A DNA stretch of 64,000 nucleotides from an uncultured cyanobacterium (GTDB lineage Bacteria > Cyanobacteriota > Cyanobacteriia > Cyanobacteriales > Nostocaceae), in NCBI GenBank assembly GCA_963740315.1, contig CAVUDP010000003.1, positions 160,001 to 224,000 on the forward strand. The letters run 5' to 3'. The notes under the pieces are model-generated. The model did not search any database. It was not told where the DNA came from and was given only the letters and a program-made list of their open reading frames with translations. Each line of letters starts with the position of its first letter. The first letter of the stretch is position 1. Position numbers and translations under genes: made by a program. Of this stretch, positions 51,195 to 63,212 are shown in pieces.

Positions 51195-51701
51195 TTCGGT
51201 TTCGCTGTAAAAGATAATTTAGGTTTAAATGGCGTTTTCGCCGAGAATGCATACTAGAGTTCTCCCACTATATCCACAATATATATTGATTGGGGGAGAG
51301 TAATTTCCGCGAAAATAGCAATTATATAGGTGTTTTATACAACACGGCAATATGCTTGTTACCTATTTAATCAATGGCTGTCTTTAAAGTCTTTTTTTCA
51401 TAAATCATCGAGGTTTGAGATTAGTTAACGATATTAACTGAAATGAGCAAGCAGAACCATCGATCGCTAATTTCAATTGATTTTCACTTACACCACTTAC
51501 GTTTGAACGATAAATAAACGATAAATATAGGTATTAGGACTTACGCACGCAAAACTTAGTATTTTTCCTCTATATTCATGTTGGAATATTAAGCCGTGCA
51601 TCTTTGAGCATTTCTTTCTACTTTGAATTACGGTAAAAACAGCAGTCTGTTGTAAGTTGAACTTAACTTACTCAATCTGTATTACTTCACATCAACACCG
51701 G

Positions 51702-52580
51702 ATGTCTATGACTTCCTCAAAAGATTCTATAAAATCGGAAATTAAGGCAATGCCAGCGTGGTTACGTCGCCCCATTGGTAAAGCCAGCGAACTCTCCACG
51801 GTTCAACGGATTATTAAAGGGCAGCAAATTCATACTATTTGTGAAGAAGGGCGCTGTCCTAATCGTGGAGAGTGCTATTCACAAAAAACTGCCAGCTTCT
51901 TGTTAATGGGACCAACTTGCACTAGGTCATGTGCCTTTTGTCAAGTAGATAAAGGTCATGCACCAATGCCTTTAGATGCACAAGAACCAGAAAAAGTAGC
52001 ACGGGCAGTACAGCTTTTAGGATTGCAATACGTGGTGTTAACTTCCGTGGCTCGCGATGATTTATCAGACGGTGGTGCAAGTTGGTTTGTAAAGACAATG
52101 GAAAGTATCCGTCAACTAACAGAAACTCAAATCGAAGTACTTACACCAGATTTTTACGGACAAAGGCAACCGATAAAAATAATTACTTTAGCAAAACCAG
52201 CTTGTTACAACCACAATATTGAAACAGTACGACGCTTACAAGGTCCCGTGCGCCGAGGAGCAAAGTACAATCGTTCCCTGCAAGTACTGCAATTAGTCAA
52301 AGAAATCGACTCTACCATTCCCACCAAATCCGGTTTAATGTTGGGACACGGTGAAACAGTCGAAGAACTGATCGAGACGATGAAAGATTTACGCAGCATC
52401 GAGTGCGATCGCCTCACAATTGGACAGTATATGCGACCATCTTTGGAACATTTACCCGTACAAAAATATTGGACACCAGAAGAGTTTGAGGAATTGGGCA
52501 CGATAGCACGTAATTTGGGATTCTCTCACGTTCGTTCGGGTCCTTTAGTTCGCAGTTCTTATCATGCTGCTGTAGAGTAG
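51702..52580 (+). CDS. lipA: Lipoyl synthase
   Basis: [24 protein letters not shown]. Confidence 0.95.
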   Translation: MSMTSSKDSIKSEIKAMPAWLRRPIGKASELSTVQRIIKGQQIHTICEEGRCPNRGECYSQKTASFLLMGPTCTRSCAFCQVDKGHAPMPLDAQEPEKVARAVQLLGLQYVVLTSVARDDLSDGGASWFVKTMESIRQLTETQIEVLTPDFYGQRQPIKIITLAKPACYNHNIETVRRLQGPVRRGAKYNRSLQVLQLVKEIDSTIPTKSGLMLGHGETVEELIETMKDLRSIECDRLTIGQYMRPSLEHLPVQKYWTPEEFEELGTIARNLGFSHVRSGPLVRSSYHAAVE

Positions 52581-52725
52581 TCAACTATCTACAGAAGTCA
52601 TATTGAGAAGTAAATTCAATAATTTAGGACTTTTGGGCATTTATGAAAATCTTTCTAACAAATTTCGCGAAAAACGACACCTTTTTGGTATTTGTTAAGA
52701 AGTCCTTAAATTAGGAGAAACGATT

Positions 52726-52860
52726 ATGGCTAAAGTTGGTGTAGATGTTCCTCAGACAGATGCGAAAGCACCTTTCCCTTACCGCACTATAATCAGCGTT
52801 ATTCTGCTGGCTGGTAATATTTTGGTGGCAGCAATTTACTTCCACGTTATTAATCCTTAA
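52726..52860 (+). CDS. psaX: Photosystem I subunit PsaX, absent from the ORF track
   Basis: AGGAG RBS; MAKVGVDVPQTDAKAPFPYRTIISVILLAGNILVAAIYFHVINP*. Confidence 0.9.
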   Translation: MAKVGVDVPQTDAKAPFPYRTIISVILLAGNILVAAIYFHVINP

Positions 52861-53227
52861 ATTGCGGTTCGGGTATCGCTAGGATGCAAAGCAAAGTTTC
52901 CCATCTAAAAGAAGCTATGCAAACAAATAATCTCTCGCGGAATACCAATCGACCGATTTTGGATTTTAGTTTGACGATTTTAGATTTGCCATTTAGTTAA
53001 AACTAGAGGCTTGAAACCGTTGATAATCTAATCCAAAATCTAAAATTTTCTTGGTCGCTCCGATACCTACATTTATTTAAAAATGTAGGAAATGTGACTT
53101 TAGTAAAGAGTATAGAGGTTGTTTATGGTGGTAAATTATCATACCTAGCTTCTTTACTCTTTGCTTTTAATCTAAACTTTTTTACAAAATTACTTTGGTA
53201 GTTATACGGAAAATGATTAATAACTAT

Positions 53228-53342
53228 CTAAATCGGCAGAATTTAAAAAGACTATGTAACAAAATGTAAAATGCCATTAAACCCTTACTCTTAAAGCAAA
53301 GCTGGTTTTTCATAATTACAAGTTTCAACGTCAATCTACTTA
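53228..53342. mobile_element. Degenerate MITE related to the 11903/18171 family
   Basis: TCGGCAGAA..CTATGTAAC.AAATGTAAA matches 11909-11946; ends in CTACT-TA. Confidence 0.45.
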
Positions 53343-53771
53343 TAAAAGTTAAAGTATAGGTTAGTATATATGAATACAACCTTGTAAAATTAGAGCATTA
53401 AGTTATTTGTGGGAAATTTCTAGATAAGTTTTTTAGGAAGTTTTAAAAAACTGATTGAAGCTTAATATAAAATATACGCTTTGTGGAAACTGCATACTGT
53501 AACAGTTAATCTACTTAGATTTGGTTTATGCTTACTTTTATATGGTGCTAATTTTGACTAGTTTTAGTTCCTTAGACTCTAGCGAGCAGCATATAAAAGC
53601 TATTAGAAAAATCTGTATGATATTTTGATACAACGAGTTGTATTTTCACGTGACATTTGACACTACAAGTTTTAGTTTATATATATAGAATAAATTGTGC
53701 GCTAATATACTCAGGTTTATTAACGGCATTTTAAACGAAGCTATTAAAATTATTCAGCGGTCGAGTTGACC

Positions 53772-55601
53772 ATGCAACAGTATTCAAGCTTACCGGGACA
53801 GAACTCACAACTAAATGCTAATTCATCGACAGTTTTGACAACAATCGAGCAACTTCGAGCCGAGTTGTGGCTGGAACGCAGTTTGAATCAACTGCAAAGT
53901 CGCTTTAACGATTGTCTAACTTTGGCTTTGTCCGACGAAGCACAGGTACCGCGAACGACTAATGGTAAACAAGCAAGTGAAAATCAAGCAGTAATTTTTC
54001 AAACAGTAGTAAACGAACTCAATGCTGCGATTAATTCCAATATGGTGGCGATCGCAATTGTTGTGCCCCAACAACCTGTTTGCAAGATTTGCTATATTCC
54101 TTCAACAACTCATTCTCAAGCATTACCGCTAGATGTGATGGTAAGCAGTAAAGTGCTGCGGTTGAGATTGAATTCGGAGATACACTCTCAAGATTTACAG
54201 CAACTGGAAAATCAACAGCCACAAACCGCTTGGCGTTTGGTTGACGATTCTCTTAGGATTGTTGGTTGGTTAATTACTTCTGTGGTGGCTTCAACAAATT
54301 CTTCTAATAGTGTCTGTGTAATTGAACAAATACCGCAATTAATGGCAAAGGCTGCTGTAATGTGTACCGTAGCTTTAACCCAACTTAAGCAAATCGAATC
54401 GTTACAACAACAAGCGCTTCAGCTAAATTATCTTAACGATCGCAATCAGGAACTACAGCGTACCAATCTGTTAAAAAACCAATTCTTGGCAAATACCAGT
54501 CATGAAATTCGCACGCCTTTGAGTTCAATTATTGGTTTTACTCATTTGCTCTTGGCTCAGGGTTACGATCCCAGTAAGCAGCGTCATCATGAATATTTAA
54601 ACATTATTCAGTCTAGTGGTAAACATCTACTGGCTTTGATTAACGACATTCTTGATTTGTCTAAAATTGAAGCGAACCAATTAGAAGTTAATTGGGAAAC
54701 ATTTGATGTACCTCAATTGTGTCGTAACGTATTAGCACTGGTAAAAGAAAAAGCTGCGAACAAAGGCTTACAAATGCGCCTTGATATAGATCCCAATGTT
54801 AAAAACATGGTAGCTGACCCATTGCGACTCAAGCAAATACTTTTAAATTTACTTTTTAACGCGGTAAAGTTCACTAAAACCGGAACAGTGGGTTTGGATG
54901 TTAAACCTGAAGATGATTTTATGCGTTTTATGGTTTGGGATACCGGAATCGGTATTTCCCAAGAAAATCAGAGCGAACTTTTTCAACCATATTTCCAAAT
55001 ATTTAACCCCGATCCAAATGGTGAAGAAGGTACGGGTTTGGGGTTAACAGTGACTCGTAAACTTGTTAAAATCCACGGTGGTTGGGTGGAAGTAGAATCT
55101 GAAATAGATAAAGGTTCTCGTTTTAGTATTGTTCTTCCCTTGCAGCAAGAAGAAGCGCCAAAAACCGATATGGTAAAAGAATTTGAACTGCAAATAAATA
55201 ATTACAACGTATCTAATTCAGAAGAAAATAATTCCTCCCTTATCTTGCTTGTTGAAGATGACATACCTAATGCTGAGTTAATCAAAACTTATTTAGAAAG
55301 ATTGGGATATCAAGTAACCTGGGTAACAAGCGCAAACCAAATGTGGAATGCTTTAAACCAGCACCATTACCCCGTCATCTTAATAGATGTTATTTTACCT
55401 GATGCCAATGGGCTGACATTAGTAAAGCAGTTGCGAGAAAATCCGCAATATCGTAATACTTGCATAATTGCTCAAACTGCAATGGCAATGAAAGGCGATC
55501 GCGATGCTTGTTTTGCAGCAGGAGTCAACGATTATATCTGTAAACCAATTGATTTACCGCTTTTGAGAACAATAATATCTCAATACATTACAGCTTCTTG
55601 A
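53772..55601 (+). CDS. hrmK: Hybrid histidine kinase/response regulator, HrmK-like
   Basis: SHEIRTPL H-box; N, G1 and G2 boxes; C-terminal receiver. The name rests on my recollection of the N-terminal LWLERSLNQLQ motif. Confidence 0.7.
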   Translation: MQQYSSLPGQNSQLNANSSTVLTTIEQLRAELWLERSLNQLQSRFNDCLTLALSDEAQVPRTTNGKQASENQAVIFQTVVNELNAAINSNMVAIAIVVPQQPVCKICYIPSTTHSQALPLDVMVSSKVLRLRLNSEIHSQDLQQLENQQPQTAWRLVDDSLRIVGWLITSVVASTNSSNSVCVIEQIPQLMAKAAVMCTVALTQLKQIESLQQQALQLNYLNDRNQELQRTNLLKNQFLANTSHEIRTPLSSIIGFTHLLLAQGYDPSKQRHHEYLNIIQSSGKHLLALINDILDLSKIEANQLEVNWETFDVPQLCRNVLALVKEKAANKGLQMRLDIDPNVKNMVADPLRLKQILLNLLFNAVKFTKTGTVGLDVKPEDDFMRFMVWDTGIGISQENQSELFQPYFQIFNPDPNGEEGTGLGLTVTRKLVKIHGGWVEVESEIDKGSRFSIVLPLQQEEAPKTDMVKEFELQINNYNVSNSEENNSSLILLVEDDIPNAELIKTYLERLGYQVTWVTSANQMWNALNQHHYPVILIDVILPDANGLTLVKQLRENPQYRNTCIIAQTAMAMKGDRDACFAAGVNDYICKPIDLPLLRTIISQYITAS

Positions 55602-55688
55602 TTGGTTGACTCTTTGTCGCGCTACTTCATCTCCATCTTAAAATGGAATAAGTCAGGTGATATACTTTTATGTCTGGATTGGGAAATA

Positions 55689-56519
55689 ATGTATTTAGAA
55701 AAATTAGAGCAATTAAAAGCTTTATTTAAAGAGATGGAACAGGCAATAATCGCTTATTCCGGTGGAGTTGATAGTACTTTGGTTGCGAAAATTGCTTATG
55801 ATGTCTTGGGTGATAAGGCTTTGGCAGTAACGGCTATGTCGCCAAGTTTGTTAATAGAAGAGTTGGAAGATGCTAAAATCCAAGCCGCAACAATTGGGAT
55901 TCGCCATCAAGTTGTCGAAACCCATGAGATGGAAAATCCTAATTACACTTCTAACCCCGTCAATCGCTGCTATTTTTGCAAAAGCGAATTACACGATACG
56001 CTAAAACCCTTGGCAAAAAAATTGGGTTATCCTTACGTCATAGATGGGGTAAACGCAGACGATTTACACGATTATCGTCCCGGTATTCAAGCTGCAAAAG
56101 AAAGAGGTGCGCGTTCTCCTTTAGCTGAAATTGGTGTAAGTAAAGCAGAAGTCCGCCAAATTTCTCAACATCTAAGTCTATCTTGGTGGGATAAACCAGC
56201 ACAACCTTGTCTTAGTTCCCGCTTTCCCTACGGTGAAGAAATTAGTGTAAATAAATTGCAACGAGTAGGAAGAGCAGAAATCTATTTACGCAAACTGGGA
56301 TGGAATAATTTACGAGTTCGTTCTGAAGGCGATACAGCACGTATAGAATTACCTCCAGAACAAATTCAGAATTTTGTCCTAAATACAGATTTAGGATCGG
56401 TAGTATCTGCTTTCCAGGAATTTGGATTTATTTATGTAACTTTAGATTTAGAAGGTTATCGTAGCGGTAAATTAAACCAGGTTTTAAATAAAAAAGCTCT
56501 GGAAACTGTCAAAAATTAA
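55689..56519 (+). CDS. larE: ATP-dependent sacrificial sulfur transferase LarE family
   Basis: SGGVDS PP-loop; RCYFCK; DYRPG; CLSSR; GYRSG. Confidence 0.9.
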   Translation: MYLEKLEQLKALFKEMEQAIIAYSGGVDSTLVAKIAYDVLGDKALAVTAMSPSLLIEELEDAKIQAATIGIRHQVVETHEMENPNYTSNPVNRCYFCKSELHDTLKPLAKKLGYPYVIDGVNADDLHDYRPGIQAAKERGARSPLAEIGVSKAEVRQISQHLSLSWWDKPAQPCLSSRFPYGEEISVNKLQRVGRAEIYLRKLGWNNLRVRSEGDTARIELPPEQIQNFVLNTDLGSVVSAFQEFGFIYVTLDLEGYRSGKLNQVLNKKALETVKN

Positions 56520-56689
56520 TCAATCATAATATCACTTATCAAAAGCCCCCCAAATTAGCGGGGGGTTGGGGGGATCTAAATGTCTGGAACACTATATTTT
56601 CTGTTATCGCTGCGTAAGTCCTGAATCAATAATAATATGACTTATCAAAAGCCCCCCTTTTATAAGGGGGGTTGGGGGGATCTAAATGT
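56518..56689. repeat. Direct repeat (offset 106 bp) of a CCCCCC..GGGGGGTTGGGGGGATC REP unit
   Basis: Two copies of about 66 bp between convergent genes. Confidence 0.8.
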
Positions 56690-56755
56690 TAGAAGTTTAG
56701 AAAAATGTTTTTATCTTTGGCATTACTTAAGTTCTATTTTTCTAACTGATAATTG

Positions 56756-57928
56756 TTAATTATCTGTTGATAATTTTTCTGCAAGTACTAATTCTCCTTT
56801 TTGATTAATTTCTACAGGAGAGTTTGGAAAATCAGATTTGTTTAAATAACGTACAAGCTGCACGGTATTAAAATTCTGGTCAATGTAAGGAATTCCTTGC
56901 TTATCCATCCGCACGGGAATAATTTTAGCTTTCTCCAAACTTCCTTGAGGACTCATTTGCACTTCTAGTATCATCGAGTAACCCGCTTGTGCAACAGTTG
57001 ATAAGGTTCGGTATCCTAAAAAGTTTCCTAAAGAGTAAGCAATCAGTTTTCCTTTGTACATCTCCATAGCTCTAGGAACATGAGGTCCATGTCCAAGTAC
57101 TAAATCTGCCCCTTCATCAATCATTGTCCGAGCAAATTTAATCGAATTTCCTCGATTTTCTCCATAGAAATATTCTGTTTTATTTTTGGTATGCAGTGCG
57201 CCAGTTCCTTCCGCACCCACATGCATGGATATAATTACTATATTTGCTTCTTTTCGGGCTTTTCTAACAAGTGCTTTGGCTGCTTCTAAATCGTGGATAG
57301 AATTATAAAATTCATAGGGTGCAAACCCTACCATTGCAATTTTATTATTGTTTTTTTCTAAAAAGAGAATTTGATTTTTATGACCTAATGTTTCGATACC
57401 AACGTTTTTCAGATTCTTCACGGTATCTTTGAAACCTACCATGCCAAAGTCTCTTGCATGATTGTTCGCTATGTTAAATACATCAAATCCAACGTCAGCA
57501 AATAGTTTACTATATTCTGGCGGAGAGCGAAAAGCAAACACCTGTCCTCTACTAATGTCTTTCGCTGAATAACGATAGTTGGTTAAGCTAGTTTCAAAGT
57601 TACCAAATAGAACGTCGGCTCTACTTAAGTAAGCTCTTACCGATTTTGGTATTAGTTGATTGGAATCAGATGGAAGTCTGTAGTTGGGATAATTCGTACC
57701 TGGAATAACATCTCCAACCGCTTGAATCACAATTGATTTAGCAGTATTTTGTTTTTTAGTTATCGGGATTTTGGTAGAATCTGCTAATGGTGCTGTTTTT
57801 ACCAATATTTGATTTCTTGTTGAAGTTTGTGTCTGAAAGCGGGTAAGTAAGCCCATACTAATACCCACAGCAAAACAACAACTGATAAAGCTCACTGAAA
57901 GCGATGCCTTCAGCCTTTGATTTAGCAT
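56756..57928 (-). CDS. CapA family metallophosphatase-fold protein
   Basis: AVGD; GNFE; ANNH; GHGPH; YSLGNF. Confidence 0.9.
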   Translation of the reverse strand: MLNQRLKASLSVSFISCCFAVGISMGLLTRFQTQTSTRNQILVKTAPLADSTKIPITKKQNTAKSIVIQAVGDVIPGTNYPNYRLPSDSNQLIPKSVRAYLSRADVLFGNFETSLTNYRYSAKDISRGQVFAFRSPPEYSKLFADVGFDVFNIANNHARDFGMVGFKDTVKNLKNVGIETLGHKNQILFLEKNNNKIAMVGFAPYEFYNSIHDLEAAKALVRKARKEANIVIISMHVGAEGTGALHTKNKTEYFYGENRGNSIKFARTMIDEGADLVLGHGPHVPRAMEMYKGKLIAYSLGNFLGYRTLSTVAQAGYSMILEVQMSPQGSLEKAKIIPVRMDKQGIPYIDQNFNTVQLVRYLNKSDFPNSPVEINQKGELVLAEKLSTDN

Positions 57929-58416
57929 AATTTGACTCCTCACACTATGGCTTTAATTTAACTAAATGCTTAGCAGAACAGGTTCAGTACAAACTGCACC
58001 TTTTTATACTAACATTTTAATAGCCTGCGTGTATATATTTAATGTCATAGTTTATCTGATCGAACTGGCTAACAGTCTTTTTACTGCTGTATTAATGCTT
58101 AGGGTAGATGCAATACATATAGATTCACCAATAAGACTGTAAGTATATTTTGTTGCTCCTGATTTCTATACAGATATATAGTAAAGCTATCTTAAAGACT
58201 TAATTAGCTCAAGATACTTGCTTTACCAATGTTTTGTACAATTTAATTAAATACCTATTCCTACTTAAACTAAATCAGTTTTTTAAGAACCTATTACGGA
58301 TAAAACTAAAAATCTTAATCTTTATTAAGACATCCGTTTAACTTATTCGCTGTATGACCAAAATTTTTGCAGAAACGCTTAAGATAGCATCTCCACATTT
58401 TTATAATTTAACTAAA

Positions 58417-58503
58417 CGGAGAAGGGGGGATTCGAACCCCCGATACCTTTGCGGGTATAACGCATTTCGAGTGCGCCGCATTCAACCACTCTGCCACCTC
58501 TCC
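58417..58503 (-). tRNA. tRNA-Ser(CGA)
   Basis: GGAGAGG acceptor stem; GCGCA-CTCGAAA-TGCGT anticodon arm; long variable arm; GGTTCGAATCC. Confidence 0.95.
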
Positions 58504-58586
58504 AGAAGGCATATTTTTCCTATCTTAGATAAAGTATCATATATCTATTAAATTTATCAACTAATAAAATCAAGTTACAGCAACTA

Positions 58587-60938
58587 CTATAGCAACGAGG
58601 TAATATTTTCAGTATTTTGAACAAATGACTCAAAACGTCGTTGAGGTGTCCATTGAATCGCGCCATCACGTCCGGTAAAGTATAATTGCGTTTTGGTTTG
58701 ATTGAGTAGCGATACATCTTTAGCTTCAAGGTTAGCATTAGGTGCGATCGCCACTTGTGGTTGTAGGGCAAGAACTAAGTCTTTTAAGGATTTGCTAGGA
58801 CACCAAAGAATTTGCGGACGCGGTAAGCTTTGGGTTTTAATTAGCGATCGGAGTTCATTTTGTTTAACATCTCCTACAAATAACCAAGATTGATTGCCAA
58901 CTTGCATTTGTATTATCGGTAATTGGTTATTGATGAGCCGTAATATCGCCGAACCAGTATTCACAGTTTGACCATTAGACAAAACTTGGTATATCCCTTT
59001 GTCCTGTTGTACTTGTGTTTGAATTGCTTTTTGAGTTAAAGCGTTACTTGGACTGGAAGAATAGTTATAAAAAACTTTTACGGGTAAACGTTGTATGATT
59101 TCTAACCAACCATTGCTACCGTCGTTTTGAAAATCTGCTGCGATCGCTGTAGCAATTATATTTACACCTTGTTGTTGCAGAAACGGTACTATCGTAAAGT
59201 TTGCTATTGCTTCATCTGCGCTATTGATTACCGTTACTTTTCCTTTGTCTTGAATAACTAAAACTGGTTCTCTACCCGCAGCTAATAGGGTGATGCGAAA
59301 TAAACTATTTGCGGAATGCCAAACAGGAATCAATACTAAACCAATAGAAATTATTGCTGCAAGAAACCAGCGTCTTTGCCACCAACGTATCTGCCAAGTC
59401 AAGAAAATTAGTCCGTAAACAATAACTAATTGCCAAATCGATATGCTACCAACTGCAACTGAGTTTCCAGGCAAGTTACTAAAAAATTCTACTATTTTGA
59501 TTAAAAAATCTGTTGGGTAATGCAACAAGCTAGCCAAAACGCTTCCTGAAAAAGGCAAAATTAAAGCCGCAATCCCGCTAATAATTCCACCAATACAAAT
59601 TACAGATATTAAAGGTGTAACGATAATATTTAGTAATATGGAGTAAGGTGGCACTACACTAAATACATAAAGCTGTAAAGGTAAAGTCCAAATAGTAGCG
59701 GATATTGGAACTGCAATTAAAGTTGCAATAGTTGGTGGTAGCCATGCTAAACGTTTTATAATTGCAGGTACCGTAACAATTAAACCCAAAGTTGCTAAAA
59801 AGCTCAGTTGAAAACCTAAATCCCAAATCCAAAGAGGATTAACTAGTAACAGTAGAGTCGCTGCGATCGTCAATGAGCCTAACTGTTTTACCTTTCGTTT
59901 CAACCCGATACCAATTAAAGCTGCAAATCCCATAATTACCGCTCTAAGAACCGAAGGCTGAAAACCAGTTAAGCTCAAGAATACAATTAATGCCAAGCAA
60001 CCGCAAATAAATTGAGTTTTTCTGGTAAAACGTCTTGTTAAACCTAAGACTAAACCTAAAATTAACGAAACGTGAAACCCCGAAGCAGCTATAGAATGAG
60101 CTAGCCCTGCTTTTACAAACAAATCCCTAATATCGTAGGGTAAATCAACCGCTTTGCTTCCTAAAACCATAGCACTTACAAGCGGACCTGCGGGAACACC
60201 CAGCCAACGAACTTGCGACTTAATTATTTTCTGTCGTAACTTCCACAATCCCCATTCATGTTTTTCGTCAAAATCTTTTAATTGTCTTCCACTTAAACCA
60301 GCAAAAGCACCTTGTTTTTGCAAATATTCTTGAAAGTCAAAACCACCAGGATTGAATGCTGATTTCGGTTTATATAAAACTCCGGTAACTTCAACTTGTT
60401 GATTCGGATATAAACCAGTGGATTTGAGTATAGGCACTGTCACATATACCTTTCCAGTAACTCCTCTAGTAACTTCGTCTTCATTTTTTTTACTTGTAAC
60501 TTCGGAAAGTTGAGTCGCTTGCAACCAAAATTGTCCGCGTCCAGAACGAGTTAAACGGGGTATACTCGCTACATTACCTCGAACAATTACTAGTTGTTCT
60601 TGATTTCTACTGTTTCCAACAGGAACCAATTTACTAATATCTTTAGCTCCTGGTTGTGGAAGACGCACCTGAAAATATATCGTTGCCAATAATCCTACTA
60701 AGCCAGCAATTAGCAATATCCGAGGATGGGGAATAGTTTTTAGAGTGTGTGCTGCTTTTTTGGCTTGAATTTTTGTTTTTTGTAAAGCCAACTTTTTGCA
60801 AACAACACGCCGTCTTTGAAAAATAATCGCCGCTACTATACTTGTAAGTAGTATTAATACCCCACCCCAAGGAGTTGCACTACATAGCAACCCTAAAATA
60901 TAGCCAAGACAGATAATTAAACCAGGAGCTTGAATCAT
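58587..60938 (-). CDS. comEC: ComEC/Rec2 competence channel
   Basis: NPGGFDF; GLAH..AASGFH; PSVLRA; GFQLSF. Confidence 0.93.
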   Translation of the reverse strand: MIQAPGLIICLGYILGLLCSATPWGGVLILLTSIVAAIIFQRRRVVCKKLALQKTKIQAKKAAHTLKTIPHPRILLIAGLVGLLATIYFQVRLPQPGAKDISKLVPVGNSRNQEQLVIVRGNVASIPRLTRSGRGQFWLQATQLSEVTSKKNEDEVTRGVTGKVYVTVPILKSTGLYPNQQVEVTGVLYKPKSAFNPGGFDFQEYLQKQGAFAGLSGRQLKDFDEKHEWGLWKLRQKIIKSQVRWLGVPAGPLVSAMVLGSKAVDLPYDIRDLFVKAGLAHSIAASGFHVSLILGLVLGLTRRFTRKTQFICGCLALIVFLSLTGFQPSVLRAVIMGFAALIGIGLKRKVKQLGSLTIAATLLLLVNPLWIWDLGFQLSFLATLGLIVTVPAIIKRLAWLPPTIATLIAVPISATIWTLPLQLYVFSVVPPYSILLNIIVTPLISVICIGGIISGIAALILPFSGSVLASLLHYPTDFLIKIVEFFSNLPGNSVAVGSISIWQLVIVYGLIFLTWQIRWWQRRWFLAAIISIGLVLIPVWHSANSLFRITLLAAGREPVLVIQDKGKVTVINSADEAIANFTIVPFLQQQGVNIIATAIAADFQNDGSNGWLEIIQRLPVKVFYNYSSSPSNALTQKAIQTQVQQDKGIYQVLSNGQTVNTGSAILRLINNQLPIIQMQVGNQSWLFVGDVKQNELRSLIKTQSLPRPQILWCPSKSLKDLVLALQPQVAIAPNANLEAKDVSLLNQTKTQLYFTGRDGAIQWTPQRRFESFVQNTENITSLL

Positions 60939-61018
60939 TAAGCTTTAAAAAATAATTGAGAAGAAAACTTCCTTTATATAAGCAAGGATATAAAGTGACA
61001 AAAATTATAGTTAACCAA

Positions 61019-61498
61019 TTAGATTGATATACCCAATCGGAAACCAAGCACCGCGTGCAGAATCATTACACAGAGTGCAGTACTACCCAAATAAGCATGA
61101 AGCGCTCGCAAACCTGGTTTATTACCTCCAAATTTTGTTAAGGAAATCGTGGCATTAATCGCCAGTAGCATCAATACAATAGAGCCAGTCCAAAAATGAG
61201 AGCTTTGTAAAATTAGTTTATCTTGCATCACCAAAGATAAAATTCCACCAATAGAACCCAGCATCATAAATAAAAACATCCACGGTGCCAGTTTACGATG
61301 ACCGCTACGACTTTCAATGGCAACTTCTTTGTCTTCGGTAAGTCGCGATCGCCAACCCGTGACTCCCACGAAGGTACCCATTACAAAGATTACAACTGCC
61401 ATCATGGCTGGATGCCCCCAATGTACTATTGGTTCGGGAACACCTAAAGAACTAAACCAAGCAGCAATAGGTTTTAGAATTTCAGTCAGATTAGCCAT
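61019..61498 (-). CDS. DUF4079 membrane protein
   Basis: WGHP.MM; H..L; SSHFW; LHAYLG; HAVLG heme-type histidines. Confidence 0.75.
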   Translation of the reverse strand: MANLTEILKPIAAWFSSLGVPEPIVHWGHPAMMAVVIFVMGTFVGVTGWRSRLTEDKEVAIESRSGHRKLAPWMFLFMMLGSIGGILSLVMQDKLILQSSHFWTGSIVLMLLAINATISLTKFGGNKPGLRALHAYLGSTALCVMILHAVLGFRLGISI

Positions 61499-61829
61499 TC
61501 CGTATTTTAAGTTCGCATATTTGCAACATTAGAATTATTGCAGAGGATTGAGCAATTTATAGCATTAGTATTCGATCGCAGCAAAAGTCAAACATGATGT
61601 TTTCGTTGTGCGATGAGCAAAGAATCGTAAATAGAGACAAAAATGGGAGATATTACATCTGATATTCTTCTCTTCATAACCTATATTTGCAGGTTTAGTT
61701 TATGTAGCCGTGACTTACAGTCGCCAAATAACTAAAATATCCCGCTTATTTAATAAGATTAGCGGGACACCATACATAATATATGACCGAATATTTTTGA
61801 TTTTTTCTATTCGCAGACTCAATATCGCT

Positions 61830-62708
61830 TCACGCCGCAACTTTTTTCAACAACGGAAAACCTAACTTCTCTCGCTGCTCTACATAAAGCTGAGCTACCT
61901 TTCTTGCCAAGCTTCTTATTCTACCGATGTAGCGAGTCCTTTCTGTAACTGCAATTACGCCCCTGGCATCCAGCAAGTTAAAAGTATGAGAACACTTCAT
62001 AATGTAGTCCAAGCTGGGTAAAACCAAACCTTTCTGTGTTAGTTGCTTGGCTTCCTCCTCATACATATTAAATAGAGTTAACAGCATTTGAGGATTTGAA
62101 GCTTCAAAATTGTAGGTACACTGCTCAATCTCTCCTTGCAGGTGAATATCTCCATACTTAATAGTGTCCGTCCAATCAATTTGAGTAATTGCTTCCACTT
62201 CTTGGAGGTACATCACTAATCGTTCCAGCCCATAAGTCATTTCAATCGAAACTGGACGACAATCAATTCCCCCACATTGTTGGAAGTAAGTAAACTGAGT
62301 AACTTCCATTCCATCGAGCCAAACTTCCCAACCAGTTCCCCAAGCACCAACCGTTGCATCTTCCCAGTTATCTTCGACAAACCTAATATCGTGTTCTTCT
62401 GGTCGAATTCCCAAAGCTTTCAATGAATCCAGATAGATTTCTTGGATGTTGTTGGGTGAAGGTTTTATCAGAACTTGGTACTGATAATAGTATTGAAAAC
62501 GGTTTGGATTTTCTCCATAGCGTCCGTCAGTGGGACGACGGCAAGGTTCAACGTAAGCCACAGCCCAAGGTTCAGGTCCTAAAGCTCTTAAAAAAGTATG
62601 AGGATTCTTAGTCCCCGCTCCTTTCTCTATGTCATATGGCTGAGCAATCAAACAACCTTGACTGCTCCAGAATCCATGCAATACCGCGATCGCTGATTGA
62701 AAATTCAC
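61830..62708 (-). CDS. glyQ: Glycine-tRNA ligase alpha subunit
   Basis: [41 protein letters not shown]. Confidence 0.97.
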   Translation of the reverse strand: MNFQSAIAVLHGFWSSQGCLIAQPYDIEKGAGTKNPHTFLRALGPEPWAVAYVEPCRRPTDGRYGENPNRFQYYYQYQVLIKPSPNNIQEIYLDSLKALGIRPEEHDIRFVEDNWEDATVGAWGTGWEVWLDGMEVTQFTYFQQCGGIDCRPVSIEMTYGLERLVMYLQEVEAITQIDWTDTIKYGDIHLQGEIEQCTYNFEASNPQMLLTLFNMYEEEAKQLTQKGLVLPSLDYIMKCSHTFNLLDARGVIAVTERTRYIGRIRSLARKVAQLYVEQREKLGFPLLKKVAA

Positions 62709-62971
62709 AGTTATTCTCCCTTAAGGCAACAATGCATAAACTATTGTTGCTCAAACTTGAAACGTGGAGGAGACTTTTTCGATCCTTCCAAGCAAATAAT
62801 CTTGGATGGGTAGATAACAGATTAACTTATAAAGGCAATTCCAAGCCCTTGGAGGTAAAATGCGGCTCAGAAGCACCACGAAGGAAACTTTTTTTATTGC
62901 TTACAACCCTTATGGTGCAAGCATTATAGCAACTACAAAAAAACTAATTCCAAAAAACTTTGAAAAAAGTG

Positions 62972-63000
62972 TTGACACGAATAGGTTCTCTCGGTACTAT
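62972..63000 (+). promoter_or_regulatory. rrn sigma70-type promoter
   Basis: TTGACA-N17-TACTAT with A tracts upstream. Confidence 0.8.
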
Positions 63001-63212
63001 GTATAAGTGCCTGAGAGAGAGAAACGCGAAACGCCGACTCCTCAAGGGTTCCGAACCAAGAAAATTATATATTTGTTTGAAAGCCAGTATACCATAAGTG
63101 GTCTGCGTTAGTAAAGTAATTAACCACAACCGAGGTTTAAATCGGTTAGTCAAGGACAAAACAATGCTTATTTAGTTGCGAATGTGACTTATATATAAGT
63201 ATTGTATCCATC

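Noticed and set aside
58417..58503. tRNA-Ser as an island integration site
   Set aside because: No integrase and no duplicated tRNA 3' end were seen; the flanking genes are core genes.
25096..60938. comA and comEC as a competence island
   Set aside because: They are about 32 kb apart among unrelated core genes.
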